NCBI RefSeq assembly: GCF_031769215.1
Contig: NW_026781974.1
Coordinates: 62,001-126,000, forward strand
Length of the DNA stretch: 64,000 bases
Origin: Ylistrum balloti
Taxonomy: Eukaryota
Direction: 5' to 3'
The notes beneath the pieces are model-generated. The model did no database searches, was not told the DNA's origin, and saw only the letters and a list, made by a program, of their open reading frames with translations. This document shows, piece after piece, positions 51,301 through 64,000 of this stretch (positions are counted from its first letter, which is position 1; every line of letters starts with the position of its first letter). The translations under genes were made by a program, and so were the position numbers.

Positions 51301-53665
51301 TCGTTCGGAGTACAACATTTGTCCGGGAATCTGTACCTCAACATGTTCCTGCTTAGTGCTGTTGAAGTTCCTGCTCTGATCTTGAACTATTTTTTGACAA
51401 ACAAGTAATTTATTTTGACTATTATCAAATTTTTGTCAAGAAAACTTTGTTTTGATAATATTATGTGATAACAAATCGTGTTGATGTGTAAATAGTAACA
51501 GTTAATGAAACCTTGATGAATTACAAAATTAATATGATGACATGATTCAATACAGGTAAGTTTGAACTTACTTCAAAAATTCAAAATTCTGAAAGGAAAT
51601 GGCATGCTGTATGTTTGATAAAGCGTATAGTTTGACAGAAACCCGTATTCACTGTTAGATGTTTTCTTAACGATATCAAGCTGAAATGTCATAATATTGA
51701 CACCGTTCACGATCACGTTACATAACGGAATAGCCAGCAGTTTTTGACAAAACGTAACTGTACTGTGTCAGGATATTGTTTTCATCCCGAATATTGACTT
51801 CGGCTCTTCATCAAAGTGAAGTGAATTCATTGACGCAACCTTTTAACCTATCAGAATATCTTAACTTTATACCAAATCCGGTTTTCACACAATACAATAA
51901 CTACCAGAAAATTATATTCATATTTTCAATTTTGAAATTTGATGTGAAAATTAAGATTGTTTGTGGTGGGAGTGGTGGCGTACAGAACAAAACGCTGCCA
52001 CAATTTTTCAGAAATTTCAAAATTGAAAATATAGATATAATTTTCTTGCTGTCCAGTGCAAGTGTTACTGTTAGAGTAAAGATACTTTAAAATCTTTTGG
52101 AAACAGTCGTTCGGAACTTTACATCAATCAGCGAAGAATGTACATAAAATGGCAAGTTTTTTTTGTTATCTGTATTATAACTGATTTTATTACAATCTAT
52201 TTTATACGCAGCTTTGGTCGACAAAAGACGGCATTTGCATTGTTTTTGTTGGGAGGTCTGTCGGGTATCGTGGTGGCAGCTGTAGAAATCAGCGGTAAAT
52301 ACATCAATAACGGTTATGGTATCAAACATAGAATCATTATGGGAAAAATCCATCCTGAAACTTTATGTAATCAATTTAAATATAATAATGAGACGAAATG
52401 AAAACAAATTGTCTGCAGATTTCAACAATGTATTTCGATTACGGTCTTTAGTTTACCTTGTGTAAGTGAATGCAATATTTTGAGTTTCAGTTGCTAAAAC
52501 GCAATTTTAGATATATAATAATTTTGTGTGAATATCGACTTGTTTGATGTTTGTCGTATTCTTTGTATATCTTCATTATGAAAAGGTGACAGTATGATAC
52601 TGTATCTAACTTTATTTGTGTGTCTTTTGTACAATCTTTGAAATAGCAGGTGATTGACACTGCTGGTGGGTTTTTGGTCCTCGTGGATTGTTGTAACCAG
52701 CATACCACGTTATCATTAATTGGAATAGTGGCATGGTTCAGAATATACACTTGCACTTGGCACTGTTCCAAAATCATCAGATATATGTAAATCACGAAAA
52801 TAATTGATATTTCTTTCATTCCATGTAGATTTTTTTTCAGTCGCCCCTACCTCCATAATTTAAGCATTTTTGCACCTCTGACGAGCCCTAGAAAGACAAA
52901 ACAGCTGAATGATACTGTTTTATTCATTGTTTGGCGCAACTGTATCTACATGATACTGTAGCTCTTCATTTGAATTTAAAGATGCTATGCACTTGTGTGT
53001 CTTTTTGCGTTCCAGGATATAAGGGACATAGAACAATGTAATAAGACTTAATAATGTCACTTTTTCAATATGAGAAGCTGGACATTTGATAAACTTTGTA
53101 TTTCACGTCAATATTCAACTCCAGCATGTATTGTTTGTCAAATATGGGGCAAACAGCTGTTTAGTCTTTTTTCTTATTTCACAATCTGGATTATTTTAAT
53201 ACCAAAATATAGCTGGCACTAAACACAAGGACGGATAGGAAACAAAACGTTGTGGTACTGATAACCTACTATCTATGGTATTTGTATTACAACAATATGC
53301 TTGGTGATGTGCCTACTTTTATAAAAGAAACTGCAACGTTTTTTCGATATCTGCAGACTTGGATATGAAGGACCAGCTGATTAATGGGTTCGCGTTGACG
53401 GCTAAGTTATGTGTGGCAACAGGTTGGGCCTCCCTTTCGTTGCTGACAACGGAAACTTATCCAACAGTTGTACGGTAAGCTATCAAGGACAGGTTCGCCA
53501 TATTATTCCAATGATTATCCCCTTCCTGTTGTGAAGTTTTCTCGTAGAAAGTCCTCGTCAGTCTGTTTCTGGCTATATGTTTTTCCTCAAATATGACAGG
53601 GTTAACAAACTATCAATGATTTTACTCGGCGAGTTTACAAACCACACACACACACTCACACACCC

Positions 53666-53702
<37 letters not shown>

Positions 53703-54794
53703 TATATATATATATCTTTACTGCTCCTATTCTTTTGTCTTGTTTATATATAATCTGTCATGTAAAATATCCTTCTTAAAGTAACAAACGAAACCAACTC
53801 GCATTAGCAACAACAGCTAATTTGACAATGATGAAATGAAAAACCCGTACTCATCATTACAACTGACGTAAATATATAACGGATAAATGTATAAATTATG
53901 GACTTTAATTTTAATGAGAAAAAAAATGTACATCTATGTATGTCGCTGTTGGTGTGTTATTTCAGAAATATCGGATATGGTCTGCATAATTCTATATCAC
54001 GAGTGGGAGCGATGGTTGCGCCTAAAATCGTTTATCTGGTAAGATATATCATTCTTTGCTATATATCATGAAAAAAAATGCAATGTTGACAAAATTAAAT
54101 ATTTAATTGAGTGGATTAATCAACGTGCTGATACGTTAATTGGAAAGTACATATGTGTTGCAGAAAGTAAATTGAATGATCGCACTCACAATGCTGTTGT
54201 GTGATATTGTGTTTAACTTCGATAAAAACTACAAAATGCAAGGAGAGTTTTGCATGAGGTTCCATTCACACGAGATTACACGAATGTTTCATAATACAAA
54301 ACCTCTTAGATATGAAATAGAAACGAATGTACTATCTTGTTTATCACAACATCTTGCATTCGTGGAAAATAGTATTTATTAGATTATATAATTTAAAATA
54401 TAAATCTATGCACCGCTATATCCTACCTAACGTATCAAAATAACAAAGATATATGTAATGGATGTTATTACACTAATCACTGGGCAACGAAAAGCAAATT
54501 GCAAATGTTGGGCGGTGTTAGTAACAAATGTCAGTCAGATATGATAGTGTTTTTTACCTGAAATTTCAGAACAAATACACACCTGGACTGATGTATTTCT
54601 TGTTTGGAGGACTGATGCTGCTTTCAGCATTCTGTACTTTGTTAGTGATGGAAACGAAAGGGAAACATATGCAAGATCTGATCAAACAAGACTCTGAAAA
54701 AGAAATGGTATCTCCGGGTTACGAGCTGACGTCAACTGACCACAATGTTACCGATAACAAAAAATGTGGAAACAATCCGAATTTTAATACTTAA
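48356..54794 (+). CDS. SLC22 family organic cation/anion transporter-like (MFS), 540 aa, 8 coding exons
   Basis: join(48356..48694,49438..49859,50540..50767,51270..51404,52212..52294,53357..53474,53966..54038,54570..54794); the frame is consistent throughout. Motifs: GGFSKFQL, EWTLVCD, DIIGRK, PES, GRQK, ETYPTVVRNIGYG, SRVGAMVAP, METKG. AATAAA at 54866. A probable non-coding exon donor GTGAGT lies at 48091. Confidence 0.92.
53643..53715. repeat. Compound microsatellite (CA)n(CT)n(CA)n(TA)n in SLC22 intron 6
   Basis: Directly visible dinucleotide runs. Confidence 0.95.
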
Positions 54795-57289
54795 CTTTAG
54801 TTCATTTTCGTATTTTACTCATGATTACGTTTCCCGTCGTGTATCTATTTAACACGAGAAGACTAAATAAAACAAACTTCTGTAGACATCTGTTCTATTC
54901 CTGAAATTGGATTCAATTGTCATTTGGCCGCTCAGATTTCAAATTAATGTTGGGTTAATTTCTTTCCGAGAAATCATTCAGCCTTGCCCATATATGTATA
55001 TGTATTTGGTCAAGAACATCAATATGTTTTGAAAAAAATCGTGTTAGAGCAAGAAAACAGAAAATGAAAAGAAAATGATAATAATAACAATGGTTAGATT
55101 AAGGCAAAGCAAAACATCTAGAATTATACATTAATCACTATACAAGTAATCTATCCAAACAAAAAAAATAAATATGGAAAAAAAGGTAAACACACTTTTT
55201 GCAAATGACAACGTAATGTTTTATTTATTGACTTTTATGACGTCATACAACCACTCATTACAAATTAAACTATGGTACTGGTGTAGATATACGGTGTTAC
55301 ATGTAGTCCACAAATATGTCTCTACAATGTTGGTGCCGTGATTATAAGTTCGAATCCAACGGTAGTGCGGATACAGACATATGATTACAAGAATTATCAA
55401 ATAAATTCAACCACTGAAGTTCTACGACACAAACATCAGCCAAACTGAATGATGAAATTTCACTTTTACAATGCAGGCATTCACAACGAAATAGAAGCGG
55501 ACAGGAGCAAGTAATCATTCAAAAACTGTTAAAATATGTTGTCAAAATAATCCGCAAATACAAATTATAGAGGTCAATTAAAGGTCATTCATCTACTTTT
55601 CATATTGCTAAATTTGGTGACAACTAAATTGGCAGTCATTTTGGAATTTAATATTCTGTTGACGTGTCGATATTATGTTGTTCTGAAGGGTCTATAGGTA
55701 GAAAGGACTTGTTCATAAATTGACCGAAATTCAATTACCTTTAATCCCATTCAAAGGGGAATATTAACTTATTATCTTCATGAAAAAATACAATTCTTTC
55801 AATGTTCACGTCTAAACGTCAATTGATAAAATGGCAAGCCATGGGTCTATATGTGAGTTAATACCCATAGTACGTTGTAAGCTGGCCCAGAAAATATTAC
55901 ACAGCATTACACCTAGTAACATAGGGGACAATGGTGAATTCACTTCCTACAAAGAGATTTTCGTATACAAGGTGCTTGTATTTCACCTGTGGATCTTATG
56001 ATCTTACACCTACGGTAGCCATAACTGTTGATAACAGCATAAAACCACACCAAAACCTAAGGCTCCATTTACCTTATGAAAACATAACGTACCCCTGCTG
56101 ACAACTAGACGAGAAATAAAATCACCACGAATATTTTTGTATATTTTGCGAAGAAGATAACGAAAATGTCTTGTTTGATAAAGCGGGTGAAGTAAGAAAG
56201 AATATATCAAAGAGATGAAGTAAGGTAATGACGTAATAATGTTCATTATTCTGTAATTTCAATTATTATAACATTGTGGAGCATGTGCGTCCTCTTCTGT
56301 ACAATAATGATGTCATGGCCAAACAGGAAGATAGAAGTCTACCCGAGATAGATTTGTAGTATGATGACAAACAGCGTAATGGATGAACTAAATGTTTTCC
56401 GTGACTGGGCTAGTGTGGGTGTTACTGATACATTAAACGGCTTGAAACCGTTTGTTTGTGATTTGGAATCATGTACTGAAGAAACAAGAAACATGACATA
56501 TTTCTGGTAAACAAATTAGAGAATCGGCAACACCTGTAGTAATATAACTCAGAGGACAGACAGATGATACGCCAATTTGACCGTGGAAATTGAATCTTTT
56601 AAATTCTCGGAAAAGTAGTAAATGTATGCTTTAGCCAAACGCGTGGGTATCAGACAGAAACTTTATAAGTAGATAGCTTGTAAACGTTTACCACAGTGAT
56701 CGTAGAATAATTTATTTTCCAGAATTTTCATTTTCTTTACGAATGCTCATGTCCCTTATGACTATATAAATGAACTGGTTCGCAAGTAAACAAATTTTTT
56801 TATCGTCTTTACCATTCAACATATGCATTGTCGGATCACGTGACGTAACAAACATCACTGAAATATATGTAACTTTTATTGATTTATCTCTTGTGTAAAA
56901 AAGGTGCATTATCAGCGGTATTTCCATAACTAAATTACAGAATTGCTTTGTTTCTTCGTTATAGAAAATCTAAATTATGGATACGTCATATTTCACAATT
57001 AATATAGATAAATTATGTATATAAATCTTCCATTTAATTCGTTCACTTTCATTACAAACTTGACATGTATAATGTGTTGGCGTTATAACAGGAAACGACC
57101 CATTAACATAGATTACTCAGTCTTGCGAAACACTAATACCACAGTCATTGAAACAAAATCCCGGTTAATCAAGTGATTAAGGTCACAATGCTTTGTGTAG
57201 ATTGTTTATGCTCTTACAGTTTTAAATATCATAATCAATTAATGCAGAATAGAAAAAAATAAAGTATGTTAAGTTGTAATCGTCTCGGG

Positions 57290-57387
57290 TATAAACCTTT
57301 GACATGTATATCAGTAGGTTATATTCGGGTGAAGGTGGCGATTGCGTCAAGTGCGACAATTTGTTTCAGGGCTGAACACAGGTAAAA
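57290..57387 (+). promoter_or_regulatory. Candidate TATA box and non-coding first exon of the IgGFc-BP-like gene
   Basis: TATAAA at 57290-57295, donor CAG|GTAAAA at 57381/57382, and acceptor TTTTAG just upstream of the signal-peptide exon (57887/57888). Confidence 0.35.
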
Positions 57388-57895
57388 TAACTTAAACTCA
57401 GATAAGAAAATAGTTTTTTTTTTTTTTTTTTAAAAAACATATAACTATCTATTTATAACTTTTTATTTTTTTTATGTACGTTTTCATATGTATATTCGAA
57501 CTTCCGGGATACCAAGGCCGTATTTTTATAGTAATACATATGCACATGAAATCATGTGTCATACATTACTGAAGATTCATGATGATTTCATATTGGCGTT
57601 AAAGCGGTTTTTGAAATTTCTGATTTTTATTGATTCATAGGACAGAAAAAATATAAAACGCCAAAGGAAGCTATTTTGATTATAATAACATTTTAATCCT
57701 GAAAACATATATTTTTTCGAAGAAAAGACTACAGGTATAATTCTTCATGGATTAAAAAGATTAAATATTCGCAGTTGTAACGCGATTTTATATTTTGTTA
57801 GTGTGAAATGCTCTGTAGATTCAAATTAATTTTCTTCTACTGTTAATCACAATCAATTCAAAGTAATTTAGTTTCCAATTATTTTAGGCCTGACT

Positions 57896-60800
57896 ATGGA
57901 GGTCGTTCGGACGCTTGCCATTGGTGTTATCTTGCTGGTGATGTCCGTGAACGGTAATGTTTTATTATAACTTTAGAAATGATACTTTGAGTGTGAGTGA
58001 TTTTGTATTAGCAATGATGATTGATTTTATAAGACGTTCCTATTCCAATTATCTGAGTGGTTTAAGATTACTGAATCATTTAGAAACATTATTCGCTACC
58101 AATTATTTTCAAATGTTATAACAGAAATAGAAAAAATGCATATATTTCTATAATATTATAATTGTATTTAGCATATTGATGACGTCCAAATAAAAAGAGC
58201 CAATAAAAAGTATTTATTTGCGGTAACTTTCAAAAAGACAGTATCAACAATGTCATATTATGTCTGTGACGTGATTCCAACTGAAAGTTACAACTAAACA
58301 TTACAAAATATGACGTTCTTACCTATAATTGGTTCAGGACAAGCATTTTGCAACAACGATCATTAGCAACACACTAATGCAATAGTAATTGTTTTCATGT
58401 TCACTGCCTACCACATGTTTGCGAAAAGAAATTCTATAAGTATCAAAGTCCGAATCTTGAATGTTATATTACTGAAACAATCAGAGTTTTAATGGATGAT
58501 AAAATATTTTCAGTTTTTAATTTAATTTGATATTGATAAAATCTTAACTTACATATTGGTGATTAAACTTGCTGTTCAGGCTATATAATCCGAGTTTTAC
58601 GAACTTTAGTAGAAAAGCTGATAAAGGTGCTATGACTTTTCCTAAAAACTGATATCGATATATCGATATATCGATATAAGACAGGCATGATGATTTTATC
58701 ATTTGAACAAGCATCTTAGTCAGATGCAAGGAATTGCTTAAAGTTTAATGGCCTTGAATGATTGTATAAGACACTTTCTGTATTCACATTGCAATACCTT
58801 ACAGTAGACAAGGCCGGGATATCCCCACTGGTTTTGATGATAATATGTTAACAAATATTTTCTTTTCCTTTCCAAGAGAAAACAATTCAATTTCTTTACA
58901 TCCTGGCGCAAATTACGTCAAATATGTTATATTTGAACACGCATAATAGAATGTGAAAAAAAAACGCAGCAAAACGTTTCTTATACATATCGTTTCCCTG
59001 TTTTCTGGTGAATTTTCCAGAAACGTTTTTTATCATACATCTATAATACAATTTTTTAAAGAATAAATTCCCTGTTTTAGGAGCACCAGATAATCGTGGA
59101 ACGGAGTTTATTTTTGGCTTTATGGAGAACCTAGGAACAAGTTACAATCTGGAATTATTTGTCACTACGTCTCGAACCACAACTGTCAATGTGCGTCTGA
59201 CATCACCACGTTACAGTAGTCCGTCCATAGACCAGTCATTTACTGTGATCGCGGGGACAGTAAAACAGCTTACCATTAGCAACAGCCTCCGTATGGTCGC
59301 TACAGGGTTAGGATCCAAAGGACTCTTGTTGGTCGCAGACGACGAAGTGGTGATATATGGTGTAAACAAGGAGAGATACTCGTGTGATGCGTTCCTCGGT
59401 CTTCCTACAGACGTGTTGGGGACAGAACACTACGCCATATGTCAGTATCCACCTACTAGGTATACTGAGATACTTGTGGTCGGAGTAAATGATTCGACAT
59501 CTGTCGGACTCCGATTGGCTAACCATAATGACATCAGTGTAACATATAATGGCGTTACTTACCGGAAAAATGATTGGATGAATCTGACCATTAACAGGTT
59601 TGACACTTTTCAAATACATACCTATGGTGATCTCACGGGCACTTACATAGTCTCTGACAAAATCGTATCTGTGTTTAGCGGTAATAAGAAAACTAAAATA
59701 GGTACGGGTGGCTCACAGGACCATTTGGTTGAACAGCTAACTCCGGTCAGTACATGGGGCAAGATATTTGCTTTAATTCCAATCGCGACGAGAACGACTG
59801 GAGATTATTACAAATTTATAGCGTCGGAAAGTGACACAGTGATTACTGTCAACGCTTTGGACGGCGGTACGGCTAAAAGTGAAACTATCAATCTCGCGTC
59901 TGGAGGAACTTTTTCAGAAAAGCATTACAGTTCTAACTACTACGCGTATGTGACCTCCAACAAACCTATTCTAGTCGCACAGTACGTACTTAGTCAGGTG
60001 ACAGAGGCTGCAGATCCGTCCATGATGATAATTCCGCCGATCGAGCAGTTTGCTTCAGACTACACATTTACTACACCAAGATACTCACTTGGATCATACA
60101 GTAATTATTTCATGTTCGTCGTCAAGGAAACAGAGAAGAGCGGACTCAGATTAGATGAACAAGTGTTACCTTCTAATACAGTGTATAACAGCATTCCGGG
60201 TACGAATTTAGTCGGAGGATATGTGTCCGTCACGGAAGGATCTCACACTATGAGGCATAACTCGCCCATTTCTGTCTTCGGTGGATATCTCTTCGGAAGA
60301 GCTCATGCCGAATCGTACGCTTTTGCTACTGGTATGCGAATGTCACCAATCAATACAGTAAGTTTGTTTTGTCCATCTTCATTTTTCATAGGAATATGTA
60401 CCACAGAACAATAACTTTCATCCTGTATTATAATCTTTTTTCTCAGAGGAGCATATTCTATTTGGACTCCGTGTTATTTATGTTTACTTAAGTAATCAGT
60501 CCCAGGTAGTTTAGAATACACTTGTTGGTTTGCTTATTTCATAAAGGTTGATTACTTTGAATTTCACATGTTTTTCATTGAATATAGCACATCCCGAAAA
60601 ATCACATTAATATTTAACATTACATATTCATTTTATTCACTGTTGCTAATTATCAATACAAAGGCGTTTACCTCTCAAACGGGGGATGGTTTTGACAAAG
60701 AAAAACGGTCGTTTACAACCAAACTGTACACCTGATAATAACGCTACAGGTAAATTAAACTTTGTTCGCAATCAAACTGTCCTTACTAAAGAAAAGGCGT

Positions 60801-63461
60801 TTACAACCAAACTGTCCTTACTAAAGAAAAACCGTTTACAACCAAACTGTCCTTACTAAAGAAAAACCGTTTACAACCAAACTGTCCTTACTAAAGAATA
60901 ACCGTTTACAACCAAACTGTCCTTACTAAAGAATAACCGTTTACAACCAAACTGTCCTTACTAAAGAAAAACCGTTTACAACCAAACTGTCCTTACTAAA
61001 GAAAAACCGTTTACAACCATTTACAACCAAACTGTCCTTACTAAAGAAAAACCGTTTACAACCAAACTGTCCTTACTAAAGAAAAACCGTTTACAACCAA
61101 ACTGTCCTTACTAAAGAAAAACCGTTTACAACCAAAGTTTACAAAAACTGTCCTTACTAAAAAAACCGTTTACAACCAAACTGTCCTTACTAAAGAAAAA
61201 CCGTTTACAACCAAACTGTCCTTACTAAAGAAAAACCGTTTACAACCAAACTGTCCTTACTAAAGAAAAACCGTTTACAACCAAACTGTCCTTACTAAAG
61301 AAAAACCGTTTACAACCAAACTGTCCTTACTAAAGAAAAACCGTTTACAACCAAACTGTCCTTACTAAAGAAAAACCGTTTACAACCAAACTGTCCTTAC
61401 TAAAGAAAAACCGTTTACAACCAAACTGTCCTTACTAAAGAAAAGGCGTTTACAGCCAAACTGTCCTTACTAAAGAAAAACCGTTTACAACCAAACTGTC
61501 CTTACTAAAGAAAAACCGTTTACAACCAAACTGTCCTTACTAAAGAAAAACCGTTTACAACCAAACTGTCCTTACTAAAGAAAAAGCGTTTACAACCAAA
61601 CTGTCCTTACTAAAGAAAAGGCGTTTACAACCAAACTGTCCTTACTAAAGAAAAGGCGTTTACAACCAAACTGTCCTTACTAAAGAAAAGGCGTTTACAA
61701 CCAAACTGTCCTTACTAAAGAAAAGGCGTTTACAACCAAACTGTCCTTACTAAAGAAAAACCGTTTACAACCAAACTGTCCTTACTAAAGAAAAAGCGTT
61801 TACAACCAAACTGTCCTTACTAAAGAAAAACCGTTTTGTCGCGTATGTATTTATAAATTAAGGCTGAAGGTCTTTGTTTCGAGGAGGTGGAGAGACTCTA
61901 TAAAATGTTGAGACTAGGTATAATGGTATGATCTAGTCGAAGTTACAATTGCGCTGTCAAGAAAGTATAGATATATTTTAGTATTTTAATGAAACGTAGG
62001 TAAATATCCTAAATGTGTTCATTTTAAGGGTTTTCAACTTCAAATAGTTTAAAGAAATAGAAAGTTGTCTAGCTTTACAATAACTGGACCTAACTGTTTA
62101 CTTCATCAGATGACGATGGCGATGGATTTTCGGATGAAGATTGTGCCAGACCAACTCCAAGTAAGTACTGTGTTATTTAGTATGGCAAATGTTTAACATT
62201 ATCTTATATGGTAGCGATACCAGAAGGCATAATTATAACATATAACCAGAAAGTCCTTGTTCAGCTTTTTGCAGGGACAATAAAATAGAAGACGGTGTGA
62301 CAACAGTTGGGTCATTTTATTGACGTCGATCAAGGATTTCCTCGGTATTGTTTTCAACATGGAGTAATTGTAAGCAGTAACAGAAAAATATATCACTCCC
62401 TTGTATAATACAGATATAACAAAACCTACTTTTTGTACATGATGTAGTTGACGGTGGATGGTCAGTTTGGGAGTCGTGGGGAAGTTGTACGTGCATAGGG
62501 CAAACGTCGGCTTCAGGAGGGACTCAGAAAAGATTGAGGACCTGTACCAACCCCGTTCCCAAATATGATGGCAAGCAGTGTCCAGGGTCTGATCAAGACG
62601 ACAATACGTGTACCCCCAGCGCAGACTGTTCAGGTATTCAATTCAAATCACAACACTATTCTTTGTCTTTGATTTGCGTTTGCAATTAACGAAAGATTAT
62701 CTTACTAAATTGAATCTAAAATCGATCCTAACAAGTAGTGATTTGATACGGAAATTAACTGAATTAAAAGGGTTTGGATATCAACAACGTTTAAAAACAT
62801 TATCATAAAAAGTTCGTTTTATTTTTGAATATGTATATGTGTTGTAAACTTTAATTCGTGGCCTGTTTTCAGTCTATACAATATTAAAGAGATACAGGTT
62901 ACTGTAAAACTCCAACACTGCAATATAATATTTAGCGTACTTTTTCATAACTGGAGGGTGCTAATTTGGTCAATTTCGGAATATGAATGACCATAGAATC
63001 CCAAAACTGGTATTTGGCTTCTGCGGGTATTTCTGACAAATGACACTGGTCATTAATAATGAATTACTTGCCCTAAATATGATCGTTTTCTTCGATATAT
63101 TCAACACTGATTGATTTTATCTACATCAAATTGGATTTTCCTCAGTCATTTCCCAAGTTTCAATAGTAAAGATATTTGACATCACTGACACCTATTTGTA
63201 GCAATGTAATGTATTATCTGGTTCCAGCGTAATTCTGTATTTATATTTTAATGTGCTATTCTCTTTTCTCTTTCATGCAATATTTATCAGTTGACGGTTT
63301 CTGGAATCTATGGACGTCATGGAGCACGTGCTCGCAAACTTGTAATGGAGGCACATTTTCCAGATCGCGGACATGCACGGACCCGGCTCCTTCTGGCAAT
63401 GGCGCACAATGTTCCGGGAGTAGCTCAGATACAGGAAGCTGCAACACTCAGGGATGCCCAG
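57896..63461 (+). CDS. Secreted IgGFc-binding-protein N-terminal domain plus thrombospondin type-1 repeat protein (5' part, continues beyond window; exon 3 broken in this assembly)
   Basis: Exons 57896..57953 (signal MEVVRTLAIGVILLVMSVNG); 59081..60357 (APDNRGTEFIFGFMEN..DAFLGLPTDVLGTEHY..DHLVEQLTPVSTWGK..ADPSMMIIPPIEQF..ESYAFATG); ~60664..60749 (damaged); 62110..62160 (DDDGDGFSDEDC); 62448..62633 (TSP1, DGGWSVWESW); 63291..63461 (TSP1, DGFWNLWTSWSTCSQTCNGG). Confidence 0.85.
60773..61836. repeat. Highly homogeneous 35-bp minisatellite (~30 copies) in the IgGFc-BP-like gene intron
   Basis: Unit AAACTGTCCTTACTAAAGAAAAACCGTTTACAACC, with a variant AAAAGGCGTTT. Confidence 0.97.
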
Positions 63462-63816
63462 GTATCTTAAAATCCACTAAAATACAATAAACAAAATGTT
63501 TCATAGTTAGTTGGTTAAAAATAGCCACATTGTTCCCGTGTAACCTACTGTTTACTAAAGTTACGTAAGTTGTGTGTAGCCAGTTTTTAACTGCAAACAT
63601 GAACATTAATATCGCAATTAAAGGTAATGCTAGATGTTAGCAAATGTATTATGAAAAACATCATCTGTAAAGTATCATGAAGTATTTATGAAACCTGAAA
63701 TATCTAGCCAACCTTCTGTAACACAGGGGTTTTGGTAGCAAGTGATCAATTATCTTTAACCCACGGTCGTGATGTTGATGTGTGGGACCTAATTTAATCA
63801 GTTGACCAAGGTTTAC

Positions 63817-64000
63817 ATTGCGAGTGTCGTCGATGAAGCAGAAGACGCTTACTCTTCCCTAACAACTGGTCTTACTCTTGTACTCTTTCAGGAGTGTCCT
63901 GTTAAATCTTTCTTTTGTTCATAGTTTGCCCTAGTTTATGGAAATTTAGTTTGAATTATGATTATGTTGCCACGTTGGCATTTTCTTGATGTTTCTTGAT
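63817..64000 (+). repeat. Dispersed ~200-bp repeat family, copy D (cut by window end)
   Basis: GTGTCGTCGATGAAGCAGAAGACGCTTACTCTTCC..TTTCTTTTGTTCATAG..TTTTCTTGATG. Confidence 0.85.

Noticed and set aside
55330-55375. GTTCGAATCC B-box as a tRNA gene
   Set aside because: No cloverleaf or A box; at most a decayed tRNA-derived SINE fragment.
55931-56510. Protein-looking fragments (HEYFCIFCEED; DWASVGVTD..KPFVCDLESC) and a possible 147-nt exon
   Set aside because: Interrupted by stops and not assignable to any family I recognise; would need a tBLASTx search.

Overview
This is AT-rich animal genomic DNA, not prokaryotic. The gene families and repeat types point to a bivalve mollusc, which is an inference. 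Most ORFs in the supplied track are artefacts of tandem repeats or introns. From left to right the window holds: (1) the 3' part of a decayed Ty3/Gypsy LTR retrotransposon with its polypurine tract and probable 3' LTR; (2) two abutting minisatellite arrays; (3) a probable heavily decayed Toll-like receptor pseudogene on the minus strand, spanning a 239-N gap; (4) a 5'-truncated RTE-X-like LINE flanked by ~148-bp direct repeats, plus a second LINE tail; (5) a single-exon DUF229 CDS followed by three more minisatellites; (6) three tandem 5-exon secreted perlucin-like C-type lectin genes, which I reconstructed exon by exon, interleaved with a full-length nonsense-inactivated Tc1 (DD34E) transposon, an internally deleted hAT element and a dispersed ~200-bp repeat; (7) an 8-exon SLC22 organic-cation-transporter-like gene; and (8) the 5' part of an IgGFc-binding-protein-N/TSP1 gene whose third coding exon is frameshifted and partly replaced by words of the adjacent 35-bp satellite. 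I found no CRISPR array, rRNA or intact tRNA gene. I did not find a convincing wholly new biological system. The best leads are the satellite-overwritten exon, the very long LINE target-site duplication, the lectin triad lacking most Ca-site-2 ligands (one with a GC-AG intron), the hidden TLR relic and a shared tandem-GATA motif upstream of two lectins. All alignments and counts were done by eye.
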